DNA of 32,000 nucleotides from Mycobacterium tuberculosis H37Rv (GTDB lineage Bacteria; Actinomycetota; Actinomycetes; Mycobacteriales; Mycobacteriaceae): NCBI RefSeq assembly GCF_000195955.2, contig NC_000962.3, positions 3,030,001 to 3,062,000 of the forward strand, read 5' to 3'. Shown piece by piece: positions 17,676 to 25,851 of this stretch (position 1 is its first letter; each line of letters starts with the position of its first letter). The notes under the pieces were generated by a model. It saw only the letters and a program-made list of their open reading frames with translations, ran no database searches and was not told where the DNA came from. The position numbers and the translations under genes were made by a program.

Positions 17676-18552
17676 ATAATCCCATCTCGCCACGGTCCTC
17701 GGACTCCTTCTGCTGTTTCGCGCTCTTGGCTTGCCGCATCATCTCTGGCTCCTTTTGAGCCGCCCGGTTGTACAGGTGGCACATGATCGCATCTCCGGCC
17801 CAGTGATCGGTCGCGAACACCATGTCAAAGATTGTGACCTTATTGTGCATCTGCATGGGAATACGATGCGAATACTTGTATCCCAGCTCATACTCCAGCT
17901 TGACGCGCATGAGATTAACCATCTCGGCACGGTAGGCAGGCGCAGTTAGATGGTGGCGCCATCGCGCTGCCTGTATCCGCTTCCAATCCGCGTCTCCGTA
18001 CATGCGGGTGACCTGCTCGATAAACAGTTCCGCGTTCGTGCCCTTCACGCCCCGCGCGATCATGGTGGGTGACATCAACATCCATAGTTCGGTCTTGAGG
18101 TTACGAGGGTTCTGGCGAAAGGCGGCGACCTTATTGATCGTTTCCCAATGGACTTCAGCGGCCTGTTGGTCGATGAAAGCGAAGGTGGGCGCCCACCGCC
18201 AAGGGCCTAGTTCGGCAAGTGTTTCATCGATTGTTACGTTGGAATCGCCGGCCACAACGCGGTACCTACCGTCACCGGGAAAGCGGGTCCGAAGGGCGAC
18301 GTCCAATTCAGAGGCAAGCGGGTTAAGCTCGCAAAACCGGAGCCGCGTGAAAGGTGGATCGGCTTTCATAGCGATAAGAGAAGAGCCATCAAATTTCTCT
18401 CCCATGTCGCGGTCTATGTTCTCGGGCTGGCCCGCCATCAAGTCGAGGTAAATTCGTTCACGAGAAGTCTGACTAGCCCTGTTGAAGGCCGGGAGGTACC
18501 CGGCAAGTATCTCCAGTTTGTTTCGCGTCCAATATGACCATTCTCTAGCCAT
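17560..18552 (-). CDS. TcmP-like 'three-Cys-motif partner' protein (Rv2735c-like), Rossmann/methyltransferase-like
   Basis: 330 aa. The N-terminus WSYWTRNKLEILAGYLPAF...RIYLDLMAGQ fits my recollection of the TcmP family. AGGGA lies 4 nt upstream of the ATG, which starts 9 nt after the recX stop. The 3' end overlaps the DUF5131 gene by 116 nt. Confidence 0.82.
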   Translation of the reverse strand: MAREWSYWTRNKLEILAGYLPAFNRASQTSRERIYLDLMAGQPENIDRDMGEKFDGSSLIAMKADPPFTRLRFCELNPLASELDVALRTRFPGDGRYRVVAGDSNVTIDETLAELGPWRWAPTFAFIDQQAAEVHWETINKVAAFRQNPRNLKTELWMLMSPTMIARGVKGTNAELFIEQVTRMYGDADWKRIQAARWRHHLTAPAYRAEMVNLMRVKLEYELGYKYSHRIPMQMHNKVTIFDMVFATDHWAGDAIMCHLYNRAAQKEPEMMRQAKSAKQQKESEDRGEMGLFSVGELAVQDSNAGQILWAPSPTWDPRARGWWSEDPGF

Positions 18553-18561
18553 CGAATCCCT

Positions 18562-19086
18562 TTAGACGCGTCGGCGCTCCCGCTCGGCGGCCAGCTCGGC
18601 GATAACCACCTCGCACGCCAAGGTCTGGCCGTACCCACGGCGCGCCAACATCGCCACCAGCCTGCGGCTCACCCGCGCTTCGTCGGTGCCGTCGTCGATC
18701 AGCACCTCCCGCCGCAGCCTGGCCCGTACCAGCTTTTCCGCCCGCCCCCGTTCGGCACCGGCGTCGATGCCCCCGAGCACCGTGGTGATCACGTCGTCGT
18801 CGACGCCCTTGGCGTGCAGCTCGGCAGCCAACGCGCGCTTGCTCTTTGCTGCGTTCGCCCGCCTGGACTGAACCCATTGTTCGGCGAAGTCGGTGTCATC
18901 CACCAGGCCAACGGCGGCCAGCCGATCCAATACCCGGTTGCCGATGTCTTCGGGGTAGCCGCGCTTGGCCAGCTGGCCGGCTAACTCGGCGCGGGTGCGG
19001 GATCGCGCGGTGAGCAGGCGCAGGCACAGTGCCCGCGCCTGCTCTTCGCGCTCAGAAGTCGACGGGGGCGGGCAGGACACCGTCAT
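18562..19086 (-). CDS. recX: RecX, regulator (inhibitor) of RecA
   Basis: Track ORF trimmed to the ATG at 19086 ([35 protein letters not shown]...), showing a three-repeat helical RecX pattern. The start lies inside the 3' end of recA. 174 aa. Confidence 0.9.
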   Translation of the reverse strand: MTVSCPPPSTSEREEQARALCLRLLTARSRTRAELAGQLAKRGYPEDIGNRVLDRLAAVGLVDDTDFAEQWVQSRRANAAKSKRALAAELHAKGVDDDVITTVLGGIDAGAERGRAEKLVRARLRREVLIDDGTDEARVSRRLVAMLARRGYGQTLACEVVIAELAAERERRRV

Positions 19087-21424
19087 TTGAGGGATCATCG
19101 GTCACCACGGCACCAATGCCAAGCTTTTCCTTGATCTTCTTCTCGATCTCGTCAGCCACGTCGGCGTTCTCCACCAAGAAGTTGCGGGCATTCTCCTTGC
19201 CCTGGCCGAGCTGCTCGCCCTCGTAGGTGAACCAGGCACCCGACTTGCGGATGAGGCCCTGATCCACACCCATGTCGATCAGCGAGCCCTCCCTGCTGAT
19301 TCCCTTGCCGTAGAGGATGTCGAACTCGGCCTGCTTGAAGGGGGGCGAACAGTTGTGCACGACAACCCCTTCGGCGACGAGGGTGTGCAGTTCCTCGACC
19401 TCGAGGTCGAACGTTCGTGCCCGCCGCGTTGGCAGCACTTCTCGGATCACGGAATAGCGGAGTTCTTCCGCCAGCATGTCGTGCAGGAATTTGTCATCCA
19501 GGGCATCCGCGAGCGCCTGCACGCGATCCCGACGAAGGCGGCTGGCACCTAAGACCTGCTTCATTCCACCGCGGGGGTCCCCGGAAGCTACACCGATCAT
19601 GGCCGCGGCCTCCTGCGCGGTCACGCCGCGCTCGTCCAGATAATTCAGCACGGCATCGGTCATCTCTGCAGCCAGATATGTCGCTTGCGATCCACGACGC
19701 CGCCCCTGCGTGGCTTCTGGAATCGCCTGGATAAGCGCGGCACCGCGCGGCCCCCACATGGGAACTGACTCCGCGAATGCCGTGACGTTATCCATACCCG
19801 AGATCCGGACCTCGAACACTTGACGTTTGCTCTGGATCCGTCGACCGTTGACGATGCTCGGCCGCTTCTGGGTCGGATCGTAATCTCGAACGGTGCTCCC
19901 GACACCGAACCGCAGCAGCAGCCAATGAATCTGATGCGCGAGTTGTTCAGAGGTCGTCGTGTAACCGACCCGAAGTGCCCCGGTCTGTTCCCGGCTCACC
20001 CACCCGTCGCTTTCGAACAGGCCGAAGAGCAGATTGCCGACAATGTCGGCCGCGATGTCCGGCTCGAAGAACCAATTCGGAATCGTCTTCTCCCACGCGA
20101 GCTTGCCGTAGATACCGGCCTGCTGACAAAGGTCTGCCACACCGTTGCGCTCACCGGGTCGATGAGCGATCGCGAGTGAGATACGCCCCTGCGGATGGGC
20201 CGCGCAACCGAGCGTCGCAGCGATTCGCGTCACGTCGTCAATGAGCGCCCGCTGAACATTGATGAAGTTGATCGGAGTCTTGCCCCCCACCCAACCATCC
20301 CTGCCATCTCCGATCAGGTAGCCAAGCAGCCGGGCATGATCCGCCGGAATCGGCGCACTGTCACCGAATCCATCGAAGCGTCGCGGTTGCGCCACCCTGT
20401 CTCCCTTGCGGAGTTCCCCGGCGGCACGCCAGCCGTACTCTGTCAGCACCTTGTGATCGGGTGTCGCCCACACGATGGCGCCACCGGCGATCCGCAACCC
20501 GATCACATCCCGCGTTCCCTGGTCGAACCAGGACACCACGGGCCGCGCATGCAGCGTTCCGTCCTTGGCAGCAGCCACGACATGAATAGGCTTGCGCCCA
20601 TCGACAACATCCTCGATGCGATGCGTTGTACCGGTGACCGGATCGAAGATCCGAGTGCCCTCTGCGAGGCACTTGTTCTTGACGACCTTGACCCGGGTGC
20701 GGTTGCCGACCGCGTTGGTACCGTCCTTGAGCGTCTCGACTCGCCGCACGTCCATGCGCACCGACGCGTAGAACTTCAACGCCTTTCCGCCCGTTGTCGT
20801 CTCGGGCGACCCGAACATCACTCCGATCTTGTCGCGGAGCTGGTTGATGAAGATCGCCGTGGTGCCCGAATTATTCAGCGCGCCGGTCATTTTCCGCAGC
20901 GCCTGGCTCATCAGCCGGGCCTGCAGCCCGACGTGGCTGTCGCCCATCTCGCCTTCGAGCTCCGCGCGCGGCACCAGCGCCGCCACCGAGTCGATCACCA
21001 CGATGTCAAGCGCACCCGAGCGGATCAGCATGTCGGCGATCTCGAGTGCCTGTTCCCCGGTGTCCGGCTGGCTGACCAGCAGCGAATCGGTGTCGACACC
21101 GAGCTTCTTGGCATAGTCCGGATCCAGCGCGTGCTCGGCGTCGATGAACGCCGCAACACCACCGGCGGCCTGAGCGTTGGCCACCGCGTGCAGCGCCACG
21201 GTGGTCTTACCCGACGACTCCGGGCCGTATATCTCTATCACCCGGCCACGCGGCAGGCCGCCAATGCCCAGGGCCACGTCTAGTGCGATGGATCCGGTCG
21301 GAATGACCGAAATCGGCTGACGCGCCTCGTCGCCGAGGCGCATCACCGAACCTTTGCCGTAACTCTTCTCGATCTGGGCCACTGCCAGCTCGAGCGCCTT
21401 TTCCCGATCGGGGGTCTGCGTCAT
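19052..21424 (-). CDS. recA: RecA recombinase precursor, interrupted by an intein (790 aa precursor)
   Basis: N-extein residues 1-251 (Walker [10 protein letters not shown], ...VKVVKNK), intein residues 252-691, C-extein 99 aa ([19 protein letters not shown]...). Confidence 0.98.
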   Translation of the reverse strand: MTQTPDREKALELAVAQIEKSYGKGSVMRLGDEARQPISVIPTGSIALDVALGIGGLPRGRVIEIYGPESSGKTTVALHAVANAQAAGGVAAFIDAEHALDPDYAKKLGVDTDSLLVSQPDTGEQALEIADMLIRSGALDIVVIDSVAALVPRAELEGEMGDSHVGLQARLMSQALRKMTGALNNSGTTAIFINQLRDKIGVMFGSPETTTGGKALKFYASVRMDVRRVETLKDGTNAVGNRTRVKVVKNKCLAEGTRIFDPVTGTTHRIEDVVDGRKPIHVVAAAKDGTLHARPVVSWFDQGTRDVIGLRIAGGAIVWATPDHKVLTEYGWRAAGELRKGDRVAQPRRFDGFGDSAPIPADHARLLGYLIGDGRDGWVGGKTPINFINVQRALIDDVTRIAATLGCAAHPQGRISLAIAHRPGERNGVADLCQQAGIYGKLAWEKTIPNWFFEPDIAADIVGNLLFGLFESDGWVSREQTGALRVGYTTTSEQLAHQIHWLLLRFGVGSTVRDYDPTQKRPSIVNGRRIQSKRQVFEVRISGMDNVTAFAESVPMWGPRGAALIQAIPEATQGRRRGSQATYLAAEMTDAVLNYLDERGVTAQEAAAMIGVASGDPRGGMKQVLGASRLRRDRVQALADALDDKFLHDMLAEELRYSVIREVLPTRRARTFDLEVEELHTLVAEGVVVHNCSPPFKQAEFDILYGKGISREGSLIDMGVDQGLIRKSGAWFTYEGEQLGQGKENARNFLVENADVADEIEKKIKEKLGIGAVVTDDPSNDGVLPAPVDF
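19352..20671 (-). mobile_element. RecA intein with LAGLIDADG homing-endonuclease domain (PI-MtuI type), 440 codons
   Basis: It begins at Cys252 ([14 protein letters not shown]; TGC at 20671..20669) and ends VVHN (AAC at 19354..19352), followed by the extein Cys (TGT). LAGLIDADG-like blocks are LLGYLIGDG and [10 protein letters not shown]. Confidence 0.95.
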
Positions 21425-21478
21425 GGTGCCTCTCCTGTGGTCGGTGTTCGATTGACCGGTATCGGTCGGTTGGCCGTG

Positions 21479-21501
21479 ACACTAGAGACAGCCACTGACA
21501 A
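21479..21501 (-). promoter_or_regulatory. recA LexA-independent promoter (RecA-NDp / PafBC motif)
   Basis: The minus strand reads TTGTCAGTG-GCTGTCTC-TAGTGT, a full match to tTGTCRgtg-N8-TAnnnT. The -10 element ends 54 nt upstream of the recA ATG. Confidence 0.7.
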
Positions 21502-21531
21502 GTCGGCTGCTCCGAATGATCACCACAGTAG

Positions 21532-21547
21532 CCGAACACCTGTTCGA
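21532..21547. promoter_or_regulatory. recA LexA (SOS) box
   Basis: The plus strand reads CCGAACACCTGTTCGA, which is TCGAACAGGTGTTCGG on the recA strand. This is a near-perfect TCGAAC-N4-GTTCGA. Confidence 0.9.
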
Positions 21548-21558
21548 TTCAAGTGTGA

Positions 21559-21792
21559 CACGCCGCGTGTGGCAACATCGCGTCCGCGCTCGTCGGCGCG
21601 TCGAACGCCCTGGCGGCGGTGCGGCCCGACTTGCGTGCGCGGCTGGTCCGGATCACCGACGATCTGCTCAACACCGCTAGCCTGGCCGGATCCGGCGTGC
21701 TCACCGGCCCGGATCTGACCTTTCGGCGTCGCAGCTGCTGCCTGTTCTACCGGGTACCCGCCGGAGGCAAGTGCGGCGATTGCCCGCTTTGA
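21559..21792 (+). pseudogene. 5'-truncated remnant of a FhuF-like (2Fe-2S) Cys-rich protein gene (Rv2737A-like fragment)
   Basis: The frame is open from just after the TGA at 21556..21558 to the TGA at 21790..21792. It reads HAACGNIASALVGASNALAAVRPDLRARLVRITDDLLNTASLAGSGVLTGPDLTFRRRSCCLFYRVPAGGKCGDCPL. The C-terminus fits the FhuF C-C-x10-C-x2-C motif. Third positions are strongly G/C-rich. The first possible start (GTG 21619) leaves only 57 aa, which is why it is missing from the track. Confidence 0.6.
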
Positions 21793-21805
21793 CGAATGTG
21801 CAACC

Positions 21806-22012
21806 TCACCACCGATCGTGGGGAACGTCGAAGTCGGCGCACAATGCCCGCCAGACGTCGCGGGGCTCGACACCGTCCTCGATGGCCTGGGCGGCGCTAC
21901 GGCCGTCGAAGCCGGTCAGCACGTGATCGAGCAGCACCGACGAGCCATAAGCCGCCCCGAAATGCAGGGCTACCCGCTCGTGGAACTCCGTCAGCCGCAC
22001 GCCAGCCAACAT
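21806..22012 (-). CDS. DUF3046 protein (Rv2738c-like)
   Basis: Track ORF 21806..22075 trimmed to the ATG at 22012: MLAGVRLTEFHERVALHFGAAYGSSVLLDHVLTGFDGRSAAQAIEDGVEPRDVWRALCADFDVPHDRW (68 aa). It belongs to an actinobacterial family typically found next to recA. Confidence 0.8.
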   Translation of the reverse strand: MLAGVRLTEFHERVALHFGAAYGSSVLLDHVLTGFDGRSAAQAIEDGVEPRDVWRALCADFDVPHDRW

Positions 22013-22022
22013 ACCCAGCGCG

Positions 22023-23189
22023 CTACCCCGCCAACGCAAGCGCGTCGTGGCAGACCCGCACCGGATCGGCCGCACCGGCGACGCTGGCGGCCGCCCGCCG
22101 CGCGGCCTCCCGGAACCTCGGCGACGACAACACCTCGTTGACCGCCGCCACCAGCGCGTCGGCGGTCAACGGCCGGATCAGCACCGCGCTACCCTGCCGG
22201 ACTACCCGGTTGGCGATCTCCCACTGATCCCCGCCACCGGGAACCACCACCATGGGCACCCCGGCCAGCAGCGTCTTGGCCACCATCCCATGACCACCGC
22301 CGCAGATCACCAGATCGGCCCGCGTGAGCAGCTCGGCCTGGCTGCCCAGCCCGGCCACCGCCCAGGGCGGCACCGTCAGGTCGGCTCCGCTCAAACGCGA
22401 CACCACCAGGCGCGATCCCGACGGCACCGTCTCACCCGGCGTCAGAGACTGCAACGCGACCTCCGTCAATCCGGCGGTCCCGGTCAACGCGGTGGACGGC
22501 GCCACGACCACCACCGGCCCGGTGCCGGCGGGGATGGCCAGCACCCGATCGGTCGGCTCGAAATGCAGCGGGCCCACCACGACGGCCTCGGCCGGCCAGT
22601 CCGGGCGGGGAACCTCGAGCGCGGGCAGCGTGGCGATCAGCCGGCGCAGCGGCCCGGGATCGCGGGCCGGCAATCCGATCTCGACCCGAACGGCGGCACG
22701 CTGGCGCAGCCCGGCACGCCAGGACCGCCCCGTCAGCGCTCGCATGGTGGCATCGCGCAGCCGGCCGCGGATACCGGTGCCTGCAGCCAGTCCGCTGCCG
22801 ATCGGCGGCAGTCCCTTCGACGGCAGGTACAGCGGATGCGGGTTGAGTTCCACCCACGGGATCCCTAGCAGTTCGGCTGCCATGCCGCCGCACGCCGTGA
22901 TGACGTCGGACACCACCAGCTCCGGTTCCAGAGCCCGCAGCCGCGGCACGTTGAGCACGGCCATCTGCGCCGCTCGCCGATGGATCCTGGCCCCGGCGTC
23001 GAGATCGCGGTCGGTGGCCGCCAGCCCGTCCAGCTCGACGGCGTCAATGCCAGCGGCGCGGGCGGCTTCCAGCCATTCCACCCCGGTGAACAGGGTGGGC
23101 GTGTCAGCGGCTGCGCGGAAACGCTGGCACAGCGCGATCGCCGGAAACGAGTGCCCGGGATCCGGCCCGGCGACCACGGCGACGCGCAT
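22023..23189 (-). CDS. GT1-family (MGT/UDP-glycosyltransferase-like) glycosyltransferase (Rv2739c-like)
   Basis: Track ORF 22023..23336 trimmed to the ATG at 23189 (MRVAVVAGPDPGHSFPA). C-terminal nucleotide-sugar motif ICGGGHGMVAKTLLAGVPMVVVPGGGDQWEIANRV. 388 aa. Confidence 0.88.
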   Translation of the reverse strand: MRVAVVAGPDPGHSFPAIALCQRFRAAADTPTLFTGVEWLEAARAAGIDAVELDGLAATDRDLDAGARIHRRAAQMAVLNVPRLRALEPELVVSDVITACGGMAAELLGIPWVELNPHPLYLPSKGLPPIGSGLAAGTGIRGRLRDATMRALTGRSWRAGLRQRAAVRVEIGLPARDPGPLRRLIATLPALEVPRPDWPAEAVVVGPLHFEPTDRVLAIPAGTGPVVVVAPSTALTGTAGLTEVALQSLTPGETVPSGSRLVVSRLSGADLTVPPWAVAGLGSQAELLTRADLVICGGGHGMVAKTLLAGVPMVVVPGGGDQWEIANRVVRQGSAVLIRPLTADALVAAVNEVLSSPRFREAARRAAASVAGAADPVRVCHDALALAG

Positions 23190-23219
23190 CGGCCCTACCC
23201 TGCCACAGCGCCACAGCCG

Positions 23220-23225
23220 TAGGCT
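23220..23225 (+). promoter_or_regulatory. Candidate -10 element (TAGGCT) for a leaderless ephG transcript
   Basis: A TANNNT hexamer ends 7 nt before the A of the ATG at 23233. There is no SD in the 43-nt divergent gap. Confidence 0.35.
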
Positions 23226-23232
23226 GACAGCC

Positions 23233-23682
23233 ATGGCCGAGCTGACCGAAACATCGCCGGAAACCCCCGAAACCACCGAGGCCATTCGTGCCGTCGAGGC
23301 GTTCCTCAACGCCCTGCAGAACGAAGACTTCGACACCGTCGACGCCGCACTGGGCGACGACCTGGTCTATGAGAACGTCGGGTTTTCCAGGATCCGCGGT
23401 GGCCGCCGCACGGCAACGCTGCTTCGCCGCATGCAGGGCCGCGTCGGCTTCGAGGTGAAGATCCACCGCATCGGCGCCGACGGCGCCGCGGTGCTCACCG
23501 AACGCACCGACGCGCTAATCATCGGACCGCTGCGGGTGCAGTTCTGGGTCTGCGGCGTATTCGAGGTGGACGATGGGCGGATCACCCTGTGGCGGGACTA
23601 CTTCGATGTCTACGACATGTTCAAGGGCCTCTTGCGAGGCCTGGTGGCGCTGGTGGTGCCATCGCTGAAGGCAACGCTGTAG
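23233..23682 (+). CDS. ephG: Limonene-1,2-epoxide hydrolase-type epoxide hydrolase (SnoaL/NTF2 fold)
   Basis: Track ORF 22324..23682 is a long antisense-shadow extension. The real start is the ATG at 23233 (MAELTETSPETPETTEAIRAVEAFLNALQNEDFD...). 149 aa. Confidence 0.92.
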   Translation: MAELTETSPETPETTEAIRAVEAFLNALQNEDFDTVDAALGDDLVYENVGFSRIRGGRRTATLLRRMQGRVGFEVKIHRIGADGAAVLTERTDALIIGPLRVQFWVCGVFEVDDGRITLWRDYFDVYDMFKGLLRGLVALVVPSLKATL

Positions 23683-23913
23683 GCCGACCTTCCGGATCAA
23701 GCCCAACGCGCTGTAGAACATCGGGTAGCGCTACAGCCAGCCGGCTGCCCGGGCTTATCGCTACTCTGCGCGGCGGGCCAGCAAAGATGCGAAGTGTGGG
23801 CGAAACCGCAAATGCATCGCCTCGGCCGCTATACGATCCCCATGCACAGTCTTGAGGGTGAGCTGGCGATTTTGGGCCGACACGACGGGCTGTGGCGTGT
23901 TTGGAGGTCTCAG

Positions 23914-25491
23914 ATGTCATTTGTGATCGCGGCACCGGAGTTTTTAACGGCGGCAGCAATGGACTTGGCGAGCATCGGCTCGACAGTGAGCGCGGCCAGT
24001 GCCGCCGCATCAGCCCCCACGGTCGCGATCCTGGCCGCGGGCGCCGATGAGGTGTCGATAGCCGTCGCGGCGCTGTTCGGAATGCATGGCCAGGCATATC
24101 AGGCCCTCAGCGTGCAGGCATCGGCGTTTCATCAGCAATTTGTGCAGGCCTTGACCGCGGGCGCGTACTCGTATGCCTCCGCTGAAGCCGCCGCCGTGAC
24201 ACCGCTTCAGCAACTAGTCGATGTGATAAATGCGCCCTTCAGAAGCGCGCTCGGCCGCCCCCTGATCGGCAACGGCGCCAACGGTAAACCGGGGACCGGA
24301 CAAGACGGCGGGGCCGGCGGACTCTTGTACGGCAGCGGCGGTAACGGGGGATCAGGGCTGGCCGGCTCCGGCCAGAAGGGCGGTAACGGAGGAGCTGCCG
24401 GATTGTTTGGCAACGGCGGGGCCGGCGGTGCCGGCGCGTCCAACCAAGCCGGCAACGGCGGCGCCGGCGGAAACGGCGGCGCCGGTGGGCTGATCTGGGG
24501 CACCGCGGGGACCGGTGGCAACGGCGGGTTCACCACCTTTCTTGATGCCGCTGGGGGTGCCGGCGGGGCCGGCGGCGCCGGTGGGCTGTTCGGCGCGGGC
24601 GGGGCCGGCGGCGTAGGCGGCGCCGCCCTCGGCGGCGGCGCCCAGGCCGCCGGTGGCAACGGCGGTGCGGGCGGGGTCGGTGGGCTGTTCGGCGCCGGCG
24701 GTGCCGGCGGCGCCGGCGGCTTCAGCGACACCGGTGGGACCGGCGGGGCTGGCGGGGCCGGCGGGCTGTTCGGCCCGGGCGGCGGCTCGGGCGGCGTCGG
24801 TGGCTTCGGCGACACCGGTGGGACCGGCGGCGACGGCGGCAGCGGCGGGCTGTTTGGCGTCGGCGGGGCCGGCGGGCACGGTGGCTTCGGCAGTGCTGCC
24901 GGCGGCGACGGCGGCGCGGGCGGCGCCGGCGGCACGGTCTTCGGCTCGGGCGGGGCCGGCGGTGCAGGCGGAGTCGCCACTGTCGCTGGCCACGGTGGTC
25001 ACGGCGGTAATGCCGGCCTGCTATACGGCACCGGTGGGGCCGGCGGAGCCGGCGGGTTCGGCGGGTTCGGCGGCGACGGCGGCGACGGCGGTATCGGCGG
25101 GTTGGTCGGTTCTGGCGGCGCCGGCGGCAGCGGCGGCACCGGTACCCTAAGTGGTGGTCGCGGCGGGGCCGGCGGTAACGCCGGCACGTTCTACGGTTCC
25201 GGCGGCGCCGGCGGCGCCGGCGGGGAGAGCGACAACGGCGACGGCGGAAACGGCGGCGTGGGCGGCAAGGCCGGGTTGGTCGGCGAGGGCGGCAACGGCG
25301 GCGACGGCGGTGCCACGATAGCAGGAAAGGGTGGTAGCGGCGGTAACGGCGGCAACGCCTGGCTGACGGGCCAGGGCGGCAACGGCGGCAACGCCGCATT
25401 TGGCAAAGCCGGGACTGGCAGCGTCGGCGTCGGTGGCGCCGGCGGGCTGCTGGAGGGCCAGAACGGCGAGAACGGATTGCTGCCTAGCTGA
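23914..25491 (+). CDS. PE_PGRS47: PE_PGRS family protein
   Basis: Track ORF trimmed to the ATG at 23914, with GGAGG upstream. It has a PE domain ([32 protein letters not shown]...) followed by about 400 aa of GGAGG/GGNGG repeats. 525 aa. Confidence 0.93.
   Translation: MSFVIAAPEFLTAAAMDLASIGSTVSAASAAASAPTVAILAAGADEVSIAVAALFGMHGQAYQALSVQASAFHQQFVQALTAGAYSYASAEAAAVTPLQQLVDVINAPFRSALGRPLIGNGANGKPGTGQDGGAGGLLYGSGGNGGSGLAGSGQKGGNGGAAGLFGNGGAGGAGASNQAGNGGAGGNGGAGGLIWGTAGTGGNGGFTTFLDAAGGAGGAGGAGGLFGAGGAGGVGGAALGGGAQAAGGNGGAGGVGGLFGAGGAGGAGGFSDTGGTGGAGGAGGLFGPGGGSGGVGGFGDTGGTGGDGGSGGLFGVGGAGGHGGFGSAAGGDGGAGGAGGTVFGSGGAGGAGGVATVAGHGGHGGNAGLLYGTGGAGGAGGFGGFGGDGGDGGIGGLVGSGGAGGSGGTGTLSGGRGGAGGNAGTFYGSGGAGGAGGESDNGDGGNGGVGGKAGLVGEGGNGGDGGATIAGKGGSGGNGGNAWLTGQGGNGGNAAFGKAGTGSVGVGGAGGLLEGQNGENGLLPS
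24268..25488 (+). repeat. PGRS polymorphic GC-rich repeat region (in-frame Gly-Gly-Ala / Gly-Gly-Asn codon repeats)
   Basis: Iterated GGCGGnGCCGGCGGn units encode GGAGGxG throughout. They generate the Pro-rich and Arg-rich shadow ORFs on other frames. Confidence 0.85.
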
Positions 25492-25514
25492 GCCAGCTTA
25501 GCCGCAGCTTGGCC

Positions 25515-25851
25515 TCAGCCACCGGGCGTGCGGCGGCCCATCGACCGAGGCACGTCGAAATCGGTGCACAACGCCCACCACGCGACGCGGGGCTCAACCC
25601 CGTCCTCGATCGCGCAGATGGCATTGCGCCCACCGAAACCGGTCAGCACATGGTCCAACCAGCACCAAAAGCCCGGTACGCCGCGCCGAATCGCGGGCTG
25701 ACCAACTCGTGGAACTCCGTCCGCCGTATGCCGCCAACCGCGTGCGTCAGCGCCTTGTGGCACACCCGCACCGGATCGGCTACCTAACCCGCGCCGGCCG
25801 CTGCCTTGGCGCGGCACCCGGTCGGCCATCCACCGCAGATCCCCGCCACCG
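25515..25851 (-). pseudogene. Decayed second copy of the DUF3046 gene plus the 3' end of the glycosyltransferase gene
   Basis: Nucleotide similarity to 21808..22239 is visible by eye (e.g. cacgtcgaaatcggtgcacaacgcccacc vs aacgtcgaagtcggcgcacaatgcccgcc; gatccccgccacc in both). The DUF3046 copy carries a +2-nt indel between the GAAY and LDHV codons: 56 nt versus 54 nt in the intact gene. Its native frame therefore hits TGA. Confidence 0.6.

Noticed and set aside
16690-18575. Direct or inverted repeats, att-like sites or an integrase flanking the lower-GC DUF5131/TcmP-like cassette.
   Set aside because: I found no convincing flanking repeats by eye, and there is no recombinase gene or tRNA nearby. 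The mobile-island idea therefore rests only on composition and patchy family distribution. I could not do an exhaustive repeat search manually.
23710-23737. 7-bp hairpin (GCTGTAG...CTACAGC) after ephG as a terminator.
   Set aside because: The stem is short with a 14-nt loop and no U-tract. This is too weak to call in 65% GC DNA, where such pairings arise by chance.
24207-25406. Pro-rich (PPAPPAPP...) and Arg-rich ORFs, and a CRISPR-like visual periodicity, in the PE_PGRS47 region.
   Set aside because: The periodicity is a 9-15-nt in-frame GGCGGnGCCGGn codon repeat encoding Gly-Gly-Ala/Asn. It is not a repeat-spacer array. The other-frame and other-strand ORFs are mechanical consequences of that repeat.
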